Origin: Nitrospinales bacterium
GTDB taxonomy: Bacteria > Nitrospinota_A > UBA7883 > JACRGQ01
Length of the DNA stretch: 57,936 nucleotides
Reading direction: 5' to 3'
Assembly (NCBI GenBank): GCA_023248535.1
Contig: JAHFEJ010000009.1
Coordinates: 1 to 57,936 of the forward strand
A program made the translations under genes and the position numbers. Positions 29,813 to 38,909 of the stretch are shown one piece after another (position 1 is the first letter of the stretch; each line of letters starts with the position of its first letter). The notes below the pieces were generated by a model. The model was not told the origin of the DNA, made no database searches, and saw nothing but the letters and a program-made list of their open reading frames with translations.

Positions 29813-30153
29813 GAGCTGTTCTTCATGTCCTCGCCATGGACATGTCGCTCTTTTAGTGTCATGGTTTGATTTTCCATATGTGTTCTTCCCTTGATCTCAT
29901 AATATCATCCAAACTAACTCGCTGGATAATAACTATCAGGCTCCGGCCGGCATATCTTATTTCTTGGAATCTGGCGGGGAGTAACGGGTTTTGTGCCGCA
30001 ATTGTCAGGCGGGTTGATATGGCTTTTCTTGGGGTGCCTTAATGTCTCAACTACACCGTTTATAAATGAGGAGTTGATGGGGGCGTAAACCTAGCCACAC
30101 CATGCAATAAACGGGGTTATTTTCTGATATCTATTTGATTTGGTGCGGTTAAA

Positions 30154-30229
30154 TGGTGAGCCGCGCTGGGTTCGAACCAGCGACCCACGCCTTAAAAGGG
30201 CGTTGCTCTACCAGCTGAGCTAGCGGCCC
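30154..30229 (-). tRNA. tRNA-Lys (anticodon UUU), CCA encoded
   Basis: 76-nt cloverleaf on the minus strand: acceptor GGGCCGC/GCGGCTC, D arm GCTC-AGCTGGTA-GAGC, anticodon arm ACGCC-CTTTTAA-GGCGT, T arm GCTGG-TTCGAAC-CCAGC, 3' ACCA. Confidence 0.95.
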
Positions 30230-30236
30230 ACACCAG

Positions 30237-30276
30237 AAAAAACGGCGGTTCCCAAGGAATTTGCATTCCTTGGAAC
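30237..30276 (-). other. terminator-like hairpin plus U6 tract directly 5' of tRNA-Lys
   Basis: Minus strand: GTTCCAAGGAAT-GCAA-ATTCCTTGGGAAC (12 bp with one bulged base), then CGCCG and TTTTTT, ending 7 nt before the mature tRNA 5' end. Confidence 0.4.
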
Positions 30277-30515
30277 GATGAATACTAACAGAAAAAACGC
30301 CGGGATGTAAAACAAAATATTCGGCTGCTCAAAATTTAGTTAGGATTGATGAATGGTCGCGGCCGATGATACGGCGCTGCGCCGGTTTGACGGATGTGCA
30401 TGCAAGCATTGGTGATTGCCGCGTTGTTTAAAACCACAGTATTCAAAACCCCGGCTGTAACTGCGCGGTGGTGGTGATACAATGGCAACAGGTTATTCAT
30501 GGGAGGAGATTGCAT

Positions 30516-31928
30516 ATGGGTGACGCCGGGAAAAAGGACATAGTTCTCGATTATTCCAACATGATGGCGCAGGCCGTTGGCTCCGATCATGGCCTTTTAC
30601 AGGGAGAGCTGGACGGTTTGAAAACGCGCGCCAGCGTGGCGCATACGCGGCTGATGGAACTCAAGGCCAGCGGTAAGATCGGCTTTTTCACCCAGCATGA
30701 AATGGATACAACGCCGATTAAGAAATATGCGGCCAAGGTGCGGGAGAGCTACGAAAACTTCGTTGTGCTCGGCATCGGCGGGTCGGCCCTTGGCACCATA
30801 GCCCTGAATCAGGCGATCAATCACAATTTTATCCCCCTGCTTACCAAACGCAAGCGCAACGGCTACCCGCGCCTCTTTGTCGCGGATAACATCGATCCCG
30901 ACCAGTTCGAGGAATTGCTCAAGACCCTCGACCCGAAGAAAACCCTTTTTAACGTTATCTCAAAATCCGGAACCACCGCCGAGACGATGAGCCAGTTCAT
31001 GATCGTGTTTGACATGTTGAACAGGAGGCTGAAGGGGAAATGGAAAAAGAAAGTGGTGGTCACCACTGATCCGGCCAAGGGCATTCTGCGAGAGGTTGTC
31101 AACGAGTTCAAGCTTGACAGCTTTGAGGTGCCCGCGAACGTCGGCGGCCGCTTCTCGGTTTTTTCGGCGGTTGGCTTGCTGCCGCTCGCCTGCGCGGGTA
31201 TCGACATAGACGGATTGATGGCCGGGGCGGCGCGTATGGCCCAGCGGTGCAATGAGCCGGACATTATGAAAAACCCCGCTTATCTCTTTTCATCGCTCAT
31301 GTATCTCTCCGATACTACGCGCAAAAAGCCGATGTTGGTGATGATGCCCTACAGCAGCAAGATGTACGGTATCGCCGACTGGTTCCGCCAGCTTTGGGCA
31401 GAAAGCCTTGGTAAGAGGTATGACCTCCAAAAAAAGGAGGTGCATACCGGTCAGACGCCGATCAAGGCGTTGGGAGCCACCGACCAGCATTCGCAGGTGC
31501 AACTATATGTGGAAGGGCCCAATGACAAGGCTTTCTGTTTCCTGCACGTCGATAAATTCAAGACTACAACCGAAATCCCGCATGTGCTGGAAGACAAGGC
31601 CGAGCTTGGCTACCTCGCCGGCCACAGCCTCAACGAACTGATCAAGACTGAGATGGAGGGGACGCAATACGCGCTCACCGTTCACAACCGGCCTAATATG
31701 GTCATCCACCTGCCGGAGCTTTCACCGTATACGATGGGGCAGGTCATTTATCTTTTCGAGCATGCCACCGCTTTCGCCGGAGGCTTGTACAATGTCGATC
31801 CGTTCGATCAGCCGGGGGTGGAATTCGGCAAGAACTACGCCTATGCGATGATGGGGCGCAAGGGGTACGAAGCGCTTAGGGCCGAAATTAAGGACAAGCT
31901 GAAAAACATCCCATCCCGCTTGCTGTGA
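30516..31928 (+). CDS. pgi: glucose-6-phosphate isomerase
   Basis: GGGAGGAG RBS before ATG 30516. Contains 'VVLGIGGSALG', 'ISKSGTTAET', 'VGGRFSVFSAVG' and 'DQHSQVQLYVEGP'. Confidence 0.93.
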   Translation: MGDAGKKDIVLDYSNMMAQAVGSDHGLLQGELDGLKTRASVAHTRLMELKASGKIGFFTQHEMDTTPIKKYAAKVRESYENFVVLGIGGSALGTIALNQAINHNFIPLLTKRKRNGYPRLFVADNIDPDQFEELLKTLDPKKTLFNVISKSGTTAETMSQFMIVFDMLNRRLKGKWKKKVVVTTDPAKGILREVVNEFKLDSFEVPANVGGRFSVFSAVGLLPLACAGIDIDGLMAGAARMAQRCNEPDIMKNPAYLFSSLMYLSDTTRKKPMLVMMPYSSKMYGIADWFRQLWAESLGKRYDLQKKEVHTGQTPIKALGATDQHSQVQLYVEGPNDKAFCFLHVDKFKTTTEIPHVLEDKAELGYLAGHSLNELIKTEMEGTQYALTVHNRPNMVIHLPELSPYTMGQVIYLFEHATAFAGGLYNVDPFDQPGVEFGKNYAYAMMGRKGYEALRAEIKDKLKNIPSRLL

Positions 31929-31932
31929 TACG

Positions 31933-33759
31933 ATGTTAAAACCATTTCTTGAGGCGCTGCAAGAACGGGTGCTGCTTTGCGACGGGGCGATGGGAACCTA
32001 CCTCTATGAAAAAGGGGAGTACATTAACCGCTCCTACGACGAGCTGAACCTCTCCAAGCCGGATATCGTGCGGGAGATTCACCGCGAATATATCGCCGCC
32101 GGAGCCGACATTATCGAGACTAACTCGTTCGGCGCGAATTGGTTGCGGTTGGCACGCTGGGGCTTGCAGGACAAGGTGCGCGAGATCAATACCGCCGCCG
32201 CGCAAAACGCCATTTACGAGGCGCGAGGCGCGGTTTATGTGGCTGGCAGCATGGGGCCGCTTGGCACCGGCATCCAGCCGCTTGGCACCGTATCGCCAGA
32301 AGAGGCCTCGGCGTTTTTCAAGGAGCAAGCGGCGGCGCTTATCGATGGCGGCGTCGACCTTATCATCCTTGAGACATTCGCCAACCTGAAAGAGCTCGAA
32401 ATTGCAGTTGGCGCGGTTCGCGCGCGCAAGGCCGATATTCCTATTATCGCGCATATGACGTTTGGGGAAGATGGCCACACTCCGCTGGGTGAGCCGATAG
32501 AGAAAGTGGCCGCCGCCATGGATGCGTTGCCAATAGATGTTCTTGGCGTGAACTGCTCGGTCGGTCCCGCGCCGATGCTTGAGATGGTGACGAAGATGGC
32601 GACTGTCACGCACAAGCCGGTATCGGCCATGCCCAACGCGGGTTATCCCCGGATGCACGAAGGGCGGCTTATCTATATGACCACGCCTGAATATTTGGAA
32701 ACATACGCCAAGCGGTTCATCCGTTCCGGCGTGAAGGTGATCGGCGGATGCTGCGGCACCACTCCCGCGCATATCCGCGCCCTACGTCATGCCGTAAAAG
32801 CTCTCGCCCCAGCCCGGCCGGCCGTGGAGGTGAAAGAGGCGAAAAAAGAAGAGGCGGTGCCGTCCGTCCCGACCGCCAAGAAAAGTATGCTGGCGAAAAA
32901 ACTGTCGCAGGGCAAATTCGTCACCTGTGTTGAGATTTTGCCGCCAAAAGGGGCAGATCCATCAAAAGTGCTCGACATGGCAAAGCAGCTCAAGGATGCC
33001 GGGGTGGACGCCTGCAACATACCGGACGGCCCGCGCGCCAGCGCCCGGATGAGCCCGATGTCTCTGGCGCTGCTTTTCCAACAAAAGGTGGGGATAGAGC
33101 CCGTGTTGCATTATACCTGCCGTGACCGGAATATTTTGGGTATGCAGTCCGACATTTTGGGAGCGCATGCCATCGGCCTGCGGGATATTCTGGCTGTCAC
33201 CGGCGATCCACCGAAATTGGGGAACTATCCCGATGCGACCGCCGTGTACGATGTGGATGCCATTGGCTTGGTGAAAATCATCAGTAACCTCAACCATGGT
33301 CTTGACGTGGCGGGGAACCGGATCGGCGCGCCGACCGCCATTCACATCGGGGTGGGGGTGAATCCGGTGGCGATCAACCTTGACCAGGAAATTTCGCGTC
33401 TGCGGCAGAAGGTGGCCGCGGGGGCGGAGTTTATTTTCACGCAGCCGGTGTTCGACACGGAGATGTTTATCCGGTTCAAGGAATTGACAAAGGATATCGC
33501 CATACCGACGCTGATCGGTATTCTGCCGCTGGCGTCGTCGCGCATGGCGGAGTTTTTGCACCACGAGGTTCCGGGGATGAGCGTACCGGACGGGATCAGA
33601 AAGCAGATGGCCGATGCGGGGGACAAGGGGGCCGAACTGGGCGTAAAGATAGCTGTGGAAGCCTTGGAGGCGATGCGCGGCATGGTGCAGGGAGTTTACG
33701 TGATGAGTCCCGCCGGCGTGGTGAAAGCGTCGCTCGCGGTTTTGAAGAAGTATTTGTAA
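31933..33759 (+). CDS. yitJ: bifunctional homocysteine S-methyltransferase / 5,10-methylenetetrahydrofolate reductase (YitJ-type)
   Basis: N-terminal Hcy-binding domain ('LLCDGAMGT', 'GVNCSVGP', 'GGCCGTTP' Zn-Cys ligands). C-terminal MTHFR domain ('EILPPKG', 'HYTCRDRN', 'ILAVTGDPP'). Confidence 0.85.
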   Translation: MLKPFLEALQERVLLCDGAMGTYLYEKGEYINRSYDELNLSKPDIVREIHREYIAAGADIIETNSFGANWLRLARWGLQDKVREINTAAAQNAIYEARGAVYVAGSMGPLGTGIQPLGTVSPEEASAFFKEQAAALIDGGVDLIILETFANLKELEIAVGAVRARKADIPIIAHMTFGEDGHTPLGEPIEKVAAAMDALPIDVLGVNCSVGPAPMLEMVTKMATVTHKPVSAMPNAGYPRMHEGRLIYMTTPEYLETYAKRFIRSGVKVIGGCCGTTPAHIRALRHAVKALAPARPAVEVKEAKKEEAVPSVPTAKKSMLAKKLSQGKFVTCVEILPPKGADPSKVLDMAKQLKDAGVDACNIPDGPRASARMSPMSLALLFQQKVGIEPVLHYTCRDRNILGMQSDILGAHAIGLRDILAVTGDPPKLGNYPDATAVYDVDAIGLVKIISNLNHGLDVAGNRIGAPTAIHIGVGVNPVAINLDQEISRLRQKVAAGAEFIFTQPVFDTEMFIRFKELTKDIAIPTLIGILPLASSRMAEFLHHEVPGMSVPDGIRKQMADAGDKGAELGVKIAVEALEAMRGMVQGVYVMSPAGVVKASLAVLKKYL

Positions 33760-35943
33760 GTGACCCAGCCGAAAAAGAAAAAAACCGCCCAGGTGGCGGT
33801 CTATGTGCCGTTGCGCCAACTGTTCTCATATTCATTCAAATCCGAAGACGAGGCGAACCTTGTTCCCGGCGTCCGGGTGGTCGTACCGTTCCGCAACCGT
33901 GAGAATGTTGGTGTCTTTGTTGGATTCGGCGAGACGGATATCGAGACCAAAGATATCAAAGCGGTGCTGGACGTCACGCCGATTTTCAACGCGCACCTGA
34001 TGAAACTGGCGCTTTGGGCTGCGGATTACTACATCGCCGCGCCGGGCGAACTGCTACGCGGCATCGGCCCGCGTGAGGAGCTTAAAAAACGGGTGGTGTA
34101 TAAAAAGACCGGCGCGCAGCCGGGCAGGCTGCGAGAGGATAAAAAGAAAATCCTCGATGCCGTTAAAGAGAGCCTAGGCGCGCAGACACTGGCGGTAAAA
34201 TGCGGTCTCACCATCACCGAGCTTGATAAAGCGGCAAAAAGTTTGGTGAAAAGCGGACTTTTGGAAAAGAGGGAAGAGTACTACCTTAGCGGATCGGAAC
34301 TTGCCGATAAGGAAAAAGATGAGATAGTGCGGGAGAAAATCATAAACCCCGCAACGTACACCGCCGAACAAAATGCCGCAATAGAAAAGATCGCAAAAGA
34401 CATAGAGGTGAAGAACGGCGCCATAACCCTGCTGGAAGGAAAGACCGGCAGCGGTAAAACGGAGGTCTACATCTCGCTGTGCAAAAAGGTACTGGCCGCC
34501 GGAGGCGGAACGATATTGCTGGTGCCCGAAATCGCGCTCACATACCAATTTGTCCGCCGGTTTCGCGCCCGGTTTCCGGGCGATATCGCGGTGTTGCATA
34601 GCGGGTTAACCCCGGCACGGCGGCGCGAGGAATGGCGGCGAATCAGCGATGGCCGGGCGCGCGTGGTAATCGGCGCGCGCTCGGCCATCTTCGCGCCCAT
34701 GGAAAATCTCCGCCTTATCGTGGTGGATGAAGAGCACGACGGAAGCTACAAGCAATCCGAATCGCCGCATTACAACGCGCGTGACCTTGCCGTGGTGTTG
34801 GGGGGCTTGACCGGCGCGGCGGTGGTTTTGGGTTCCGCCACCCCTTCCCTTGAAAGTTACTATAACGCGCAAATCGGCAAGTATGCCCTCTGCCGCCTCA
34901 CTCAGCGGATAGACAACCGTCCGATGCCAGCCGTCCGCATCGTGGAGGAGGATGAAAACGGGGAACGGCTGCTCCCGCCCGCCGTCATCGAAAAAATCAT
35001 GGAACGCAAAGACCGGGGGGAACAATCACTGATCTTCATCAACCGGCGCGGTGCGGCAAGCCGGGTAAAGTGCCGCATCTGCAAGGAGGTTGTCGGATGC
35101 CCTAACTGCTCGGTATCGCTCACCTATCACAGCAATGGCGCGAAACTGTTGTGCCACTACTGCGGTTACCAGATACCGGTGCCGAAGGTATGCCCCGCGT
35201 GCAAGGCGAAAGAACTTTTCAATTACCGGGGAACCGGGACGCAGAAGGTGGAAGAATTCTTGCGCGGAGTGATGTCGAAGGCGGTTATTGAACGCCTCGA
35301 TCAGGATACCGCCCCGTCGCGGGAAAAAGCGTTTGGCATTCTTGAGCGTTTCGAAAAAGGGGAAACCGAAGTCCTGGTGGGAACGCAGATGACCGCGAAA
35401 GGCCACGACTTCGCCAATCTTACCTTCACCGCCATCGTATCGGCCGATGATTACCTTTCGTTTCCCGATTTCCGTTCCGCCGAGCGTACCTTCGGCCTGG
35501 TGACGCAGGCGGCGGGGCGCACCGGCCGCGGCGAAAAGGGGGGCGAGGTCATTATCAGCGGCGCAACGGGGCACTATGCGATACGGCACGCGGTGCGGCA
35601 CGATTATCAGGCATTTTATGCCGATGAAATAATGGCGCGGAAGAGTACCGGCTACCCGCCGTTTTCACGGCTCATCGGCATCATGTTCGATGCCATCGAT
35701 GAAGTGCGCCTGAAAGCGGCAATGCTGAAACTGGCCCACGAAATGCCGCTCTTGCCGCCGGGGGTGGAACCGCTGGGGCCGGTGGAGGCTCTTATTTATA
35801 AAATTCGGAACCGTTACCGCTGGAAGATGATGTTGCGCGGCAAAAACAGCAAAGCGTTGCACGAGGCGGCGTTGCGTATTGAAGCGGCGGTGGATAAAAA
35901 TATCGGAATTTCCATAGACGTTGATCCATACGGATTTTTATAG
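33760..35943 (+). CDS. priA: primosomal replication-restart helicase PriA
   Basis: GTG start directly after the upstream stop. Walker A 'GKTGSGKTEVY', 'VVDEEHD', Cys-rich zinc region 'CRICKEVVGCPNCSVSLTYH...CHYCG...CPAC'. Confidence 0.95.
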   Translation: MTQPKKKKTAQVAVYVPLRQLFSYSFKSEDEANLVPGVRVVVPFRNRENVGVFVGFGETDIETKDIKAVLDVTPIFNAHLMKLALWAADYYIAAPGELLRGIGPREELKKRVVYKKTGAQPGRLREDKKKILDAVKESLGAQTLAVKCGLTITELDKAAKSLVKSGLLEKREEYYLSGSELADKEKDEIVREKIINPATYTAEQNAAIEKIAKDIEVKNGAITLLEGKTGSGKTEVYISLCKKVLAAGGGTILLVPEIALTYQFVRRFRARFPGDIAVLHSGLTPARRREEWRRISDGRARVVIGARSAIFAPMENLRLIVVDEEHDGSYKQSESPHYNARDLAVVLGGLTGAAVVLGSATPSLESYYNAQIGKYALCRLTQRIDNRPMPAVRIVEEDENGERLLPPAVIEKIMERKDRGEQSLIFINRRGAASRVKCRICKEVVGCPNCSVSLTYHSNGAKLLCHYCGYQIPVPKVCPACKAKELFNYRGTGTQKVEEFLRGVMSKAVIERLDQDTAPSREKAFGILERFEKGETEVLVGTQMTAKGHDFANLTFTAIVSADDYLSFPDFRSAERTFGLVTQAAGRTGRGEKGGEVIISGATGHYAIRHAVRHDYQAFYADEIMARKSTGYPPFSRLIGIMFDAIDEVRLKAAMLKLAHEMPLLPPGVEPLGPVEALIYKIRNRYRWKMMLRGKNSKALHEAALRIEAAVDKNIGISIDVDPYGFL

Positions 35944-35980
35944 AAAAAGCGGTGTCCCGCCGCGCTATACTACTGCAACT

Positions 35981-36736
35981 ATGAGAATATTGCTGGCTAA
36001 TGACGATGGTATTAACGCCCCAGGCCTGCGTGCCTTGTACCGTGGACTTAAAACAATCGGTGAGGTTACGGTGGCCGCCCCCGAAATGGAAAAGAGCGCG
36101 GTGGGGCATGCCATTACCATTGCCATGCCGTTGCGCGTGCGCGAGGTAAAAGACCACGGACAGCCGTTTGGGTACGCGGTGGATGGCACACCGGCCGACT
36201 GCGTGAAAATCGCGCTCATGGCGATCATGAAAGAGCAACCCGATATCGTCGTCAGCGGCATTAACCATGGTGCGAACCTCGCCACAAACATCATTTATTC
36301 AGGCACGGTCTCCGCCGCCACGGAAGGTACCATCTTAGGAGTTCCGTCCATCGCTTTTTCGCTCTCCACCCACGAGAAGGAGCCGGATTTCGGCCCAGCG
36401 GTGAAACACGCGGTTGCGATCACCAAAAAGGTATTGGAGAAGGGGTTGCAGAAAGGGACGTTGCTGAATGTGAACATTCCGGCGCTGCACGAAAAGGAAA
36501 TAAAAGGGATAAAAATATGCCGTCAGAGCCACTGCGTATTCCGCGGGGCTTTTGAAAAGCGGGAGGATCTGCGCGGGATGGATTACTATTGGCAGGGCGG
36601 GGTTATGGATACGAAAGACCCCGACCCGGATGTTGATATTGTGTTTAATGAAAAAGGATATATCACTATCACGCCCATTCACTTTGACCTGACCAATCAC
36701 AGTTATCTGGACGAACTTCGCAGCTGGGGATTCTGA
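35981..36736 (+). CDS. surE: 5'/3'-nucleotidase SurE
   Basis: 'MRILLANDDGINAPGL', 'VSGINHGANL...YSGTVSAATEG'. Confidence 0.95.
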   Translation: MRILLANDDGINAPGLRALYRGLKTIGEVTVAAPEMEKSAVGHAITIAMPLRVREVKDHGQPFGYAVDGTPADCVKIALMAIMKEQPDIVVSGINHGANLATNIIYSGTVSAATEGTILGVPSIAFSLSTHEKEPDFGPAVKHAVAITKKVLEKGLQKGTLLNVNIPALHEKEIKGIKICRQSHCVFRGAFEKREDLRGMDYYWQGGVMDTKDPDPDVDIVFNEKGYITITPIHFDLTNHSYLDELRSWGF

Positions 36737-36740
36737 GGCT

Positions 36741-37262
36741 TTAGCCTGCTCTTTTTTTGTTCGCAGTGGGTGGCGCGGGTGGGTGTTCCATATCTATCAT
36801 CATTTTCTTTAAATCCACGCCGCCACCGGCGGAAAAGCCCCCAAGGCCGCCGTCTGACTGAATGACCCGGTGGCAGGGGATGATGAGCGGAATCGGGTTG
36901 TGCGCCATGGCGCTTCCCACGGCGCGCACCGCCGAAGGGTTACCGGATTTTTTGGCCAACTCTTTATAGGTGACGGTTTCACCGTATTTCACTTGGCGCA
37001 ATGCCGCATAAACTTTCTGGAAGAACGGGGATGTATCCGCCGGCGAGACTGAGAATTTTCGGAAATCCGTTTTTTTTCCTGCGAAATAGCCCACCACCGC
37101 TTTTTCCAGTTGCGGAAAGCTTTTATGCTCCGTCCACGCGAGGAAGTCGTGCGATTTTTGGGTCGAAGAGGGGAGGAGGAAGCCGGTGATTTCGTGATGT
37201 TCGTTGAAACGGACGGCGGCATAACCGAGTTCCGTCTTAAATGCACAACCGAACAAGGTCAT
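36741..37262 (-). CDS. ogt: methylated-DNA--protein-cysteine methyltransferase
   Basis: Active site 'IPCHRVIQSDGGLGGF'. ATG 37262 forms an ATGA overlap with the aroA stop; the longer ORF extending to 37289 is less likely. Confidence 0.85.
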   Translation of the reverse strand: MTLFGCAFKTELGYAAVRFNEHHEITGFLLPSSTQKSHDFLAWTEHKSFPQLEKAVVGYFAGKKTDFRKFSVSPADTSPFFQKVYAALRQVKYGETVTYKELAKKSGNPSAVRAVGSAMAHNPIPLIIPCHRVIQSDGGLGGFSAGGGVDLKKMMIDMEHPPAPPTANKKRAG

Positions 37263-38527
37263 TGGTACAATCGGATGTTGGTGCCGCACGCCCGCATCTT
37301 TTCGACAAAATCGGGGAAGGTGATGTTTATCGCTTCTGCGCTGTCGATCGTGGTTTTTCCGCTGGCGGCCAGCCCCGCCACCGCAAGGCTCATCACCACT
37401 CGGTGATCGTAATGTCCCGCCACGGCGGTTCCCTTTAGCGGCGCGCCCCCTTTGATAAGCAGGCCGTCGCGCTCTTCAGTGATGTCGGCTCCCAGTTTAC
37501 GCAGCTCCTGGCACATCACCGCTATCCGGTCGGTCTCTTTAATGCGGGCTTGCGGCACGTTGGTGAGGTGCGTTACCCCTTCGGCCAAGGCGCCCGCTAC
37601 CGCCATCGCGGGAAGTGCATCCGGCGTGTTGTTCAGATCCAATACCGTACCGCGCAGCTTCTTGCCGTGTATGCTCACGGTGGTGCCCACTTCAATATCG
37701 GCCCCCATCGCCTTGAGGTAATTCACCACTTCCTTGTCCCCTTGTGTATCGGTGAAATCGAGACCTTCCAGTGTTACCTCGCAGCCGGGGATGGCGGCCA
37801 AGATAAGGAAAAATGCGGCGGACGACCAGTCGGAGGGGATTCCCGCATTAAACATTTTTAAAGATTGGCGTGGGGGGAGGCGGTATTCGCGGTAATTGTC
37901 GTGCTCCAGCCGCACCCCCAGTTTTTTCAACCAGGCGACGGTCATATCGGCATACGGTTTTTCGTTCAGCGATTTCAGTTTAAGCGCCGTGGGGTTTTCG
38001 CAAAAAATGGAGTGGATCAAAAGCGCCGAGAGATACTGCGAGGTGGTTCCCTCCACGTCGGCAATCCCCCCTTTGATGGGGCCGCGAATGCGCACCGGCA
38101 ACAGGCCGTTGTTGGAACTTTCAATGACCGCCCCCAGTTGTTTGAGCGATTCCAGCAGGGGGGCGACCGGGCGTTTGCGCGTTTGGTCATCGGCGGTGAT
38201 GGTCACCGGTTTATCGCAGAGGGCGGCAAGCGCCAGCACGAAGTTGGCGGTGGTGCCGCTGTTTCCTACATCAATGACATCAACGGGTGCAATGGGCCTG
38301 CCATTGAAGCCCGTCACTTTCAATATTTCGCCGGTTTCTTCTATTTTTGCTCCCAACGCTTTGCATGCGGCAATGGCGGAATCAACGTCGGCGCTGTGAA
38401 GGCGGTAGCGGATGGTGGATGTGCCTTCGGCCAAAGCGGCCAGAAAAACGGCCCGTATGGAATGCGATTTGGAAGTTGGAATCCGCACCGTCCCACGCAC
38501 AGTGGAGGAATTTGAATCGATAAACAT
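37259..38527 (-). CDS. aroA: 3-phosphoshikimate 1-carboxyvinyltransferase (EPSP synthase)
   Basis: 422 aa. Contains 'IPTSKSHSIRA', 'GNSGTTANF', 'LNEKPY' and 'DHRVVMSLAVAGL'. Confidence 0.95.
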   Translation of the reverse strand: MFIDSNSSTVRGTVRIPTSKSHSIRAVFLAALAEGTSTIRYRLHSADVDSAIAACKALGAKIEETGEILKVTGFNGRPIAPVDVIDVGNSGTTANFVLALAALCDKPVTITADDQTRKRPVAPLLESLKQLGAVIESSNNGLLPVRIRGPIKGGIADVEGTTSQYLSALLIHSIFCENPTALKLKSLNEKPYADMTVAWLKKLGVRLEHDNYREYRLPPRQSLKMFNAGIPSDWSSAAFFLILAAIPGCEVTLEGLDFTDTQGDKEVVNYLKAMGADIEVGTTVSIHGKKLRGTVLDLNNTPDALPAMAVAGALAEGVTHLTNVPQARIKETDRIAVMCQELRKLGADITEERDGLLIKGGAPLKGTAVAGHYDHRVVMSLAVAGLAASGKTTIDSAEAINITFPDFVEKMRACGTNIRLYQ

Positions 38528-38561
38528 TCGCGGGATTATACCAAAACGGCCAATTGCGGCA

Positions 38562-38909
38562 TTATTTTAATTTATCATCCATCCCGGCGAGCGCGTTTAC
38601 CTTTGCGGCGCAGATGAAATCGTTTTCCGAAATTCCCCCTACCGAGTGGGTGGAATAACTAATGCGGCAACGGTTGTAGCCAACGGCCATATCCGGGTGG
38701 TGATTCTCGGTATGCGAGACCCATGCCACGGCGTTGACGAAAGCGATAGTCTCGTAATGATCCTTAAATGCGAATTCGCGGGTGATAAGTCCATCCTTCA
38801 GTTCCCAGCCGGGAACAGCGCGAAGCGCCGCCTCAATCGCGCTGGGGGGCATTGGCGGAGTGTCTTTTGGCAACGGTTGGCATTTGCGGCTGATAAAGTC
38901 CATGCCCAT
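38562..38909 (-). CDS. pterin-4-alpha-carbinolamine dehydratase
   Basis: 'GWELKDGLITREFAFKDHYETIAFVNAVAWVSHTENHHPDMAVGYNRCRISYSTH'. TAATG overlap with the upstream gene. Confidence 0.88.
   Translation of the reverse strand: MGMDFISRKCQPLPKDTPPMPPSAIEAALRAVPGWELKDGLITREFAFKDHYETIAFVNAVAWVSHTENHHPDMAVGYNRCRISYSTHSVGGISENDFICAAKVNALAGMDDKLK

Noticed and set aside
27597-30229. Possible genomic island inserted at tRNA-Lys (cupin, two HTH regulators, FGE-domain protein, AT-richer spacers)
   Set aside because: There is no integrase or recombinase gene and no phage or conjugation genes. I found no direct repeat of the tRNA 3' half between 27597 and 30153 that could serve as an att site.
30336-30590. 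84-aa minus-strand ORF between tRNA-Lys and pgi
   Set aside because: It overlaps the pgi start codon and RBS in antisense and has no RBS or recognisable family. If anything is expressed here, a non-coding RNA is more likely (see the finding at 30230-30515).
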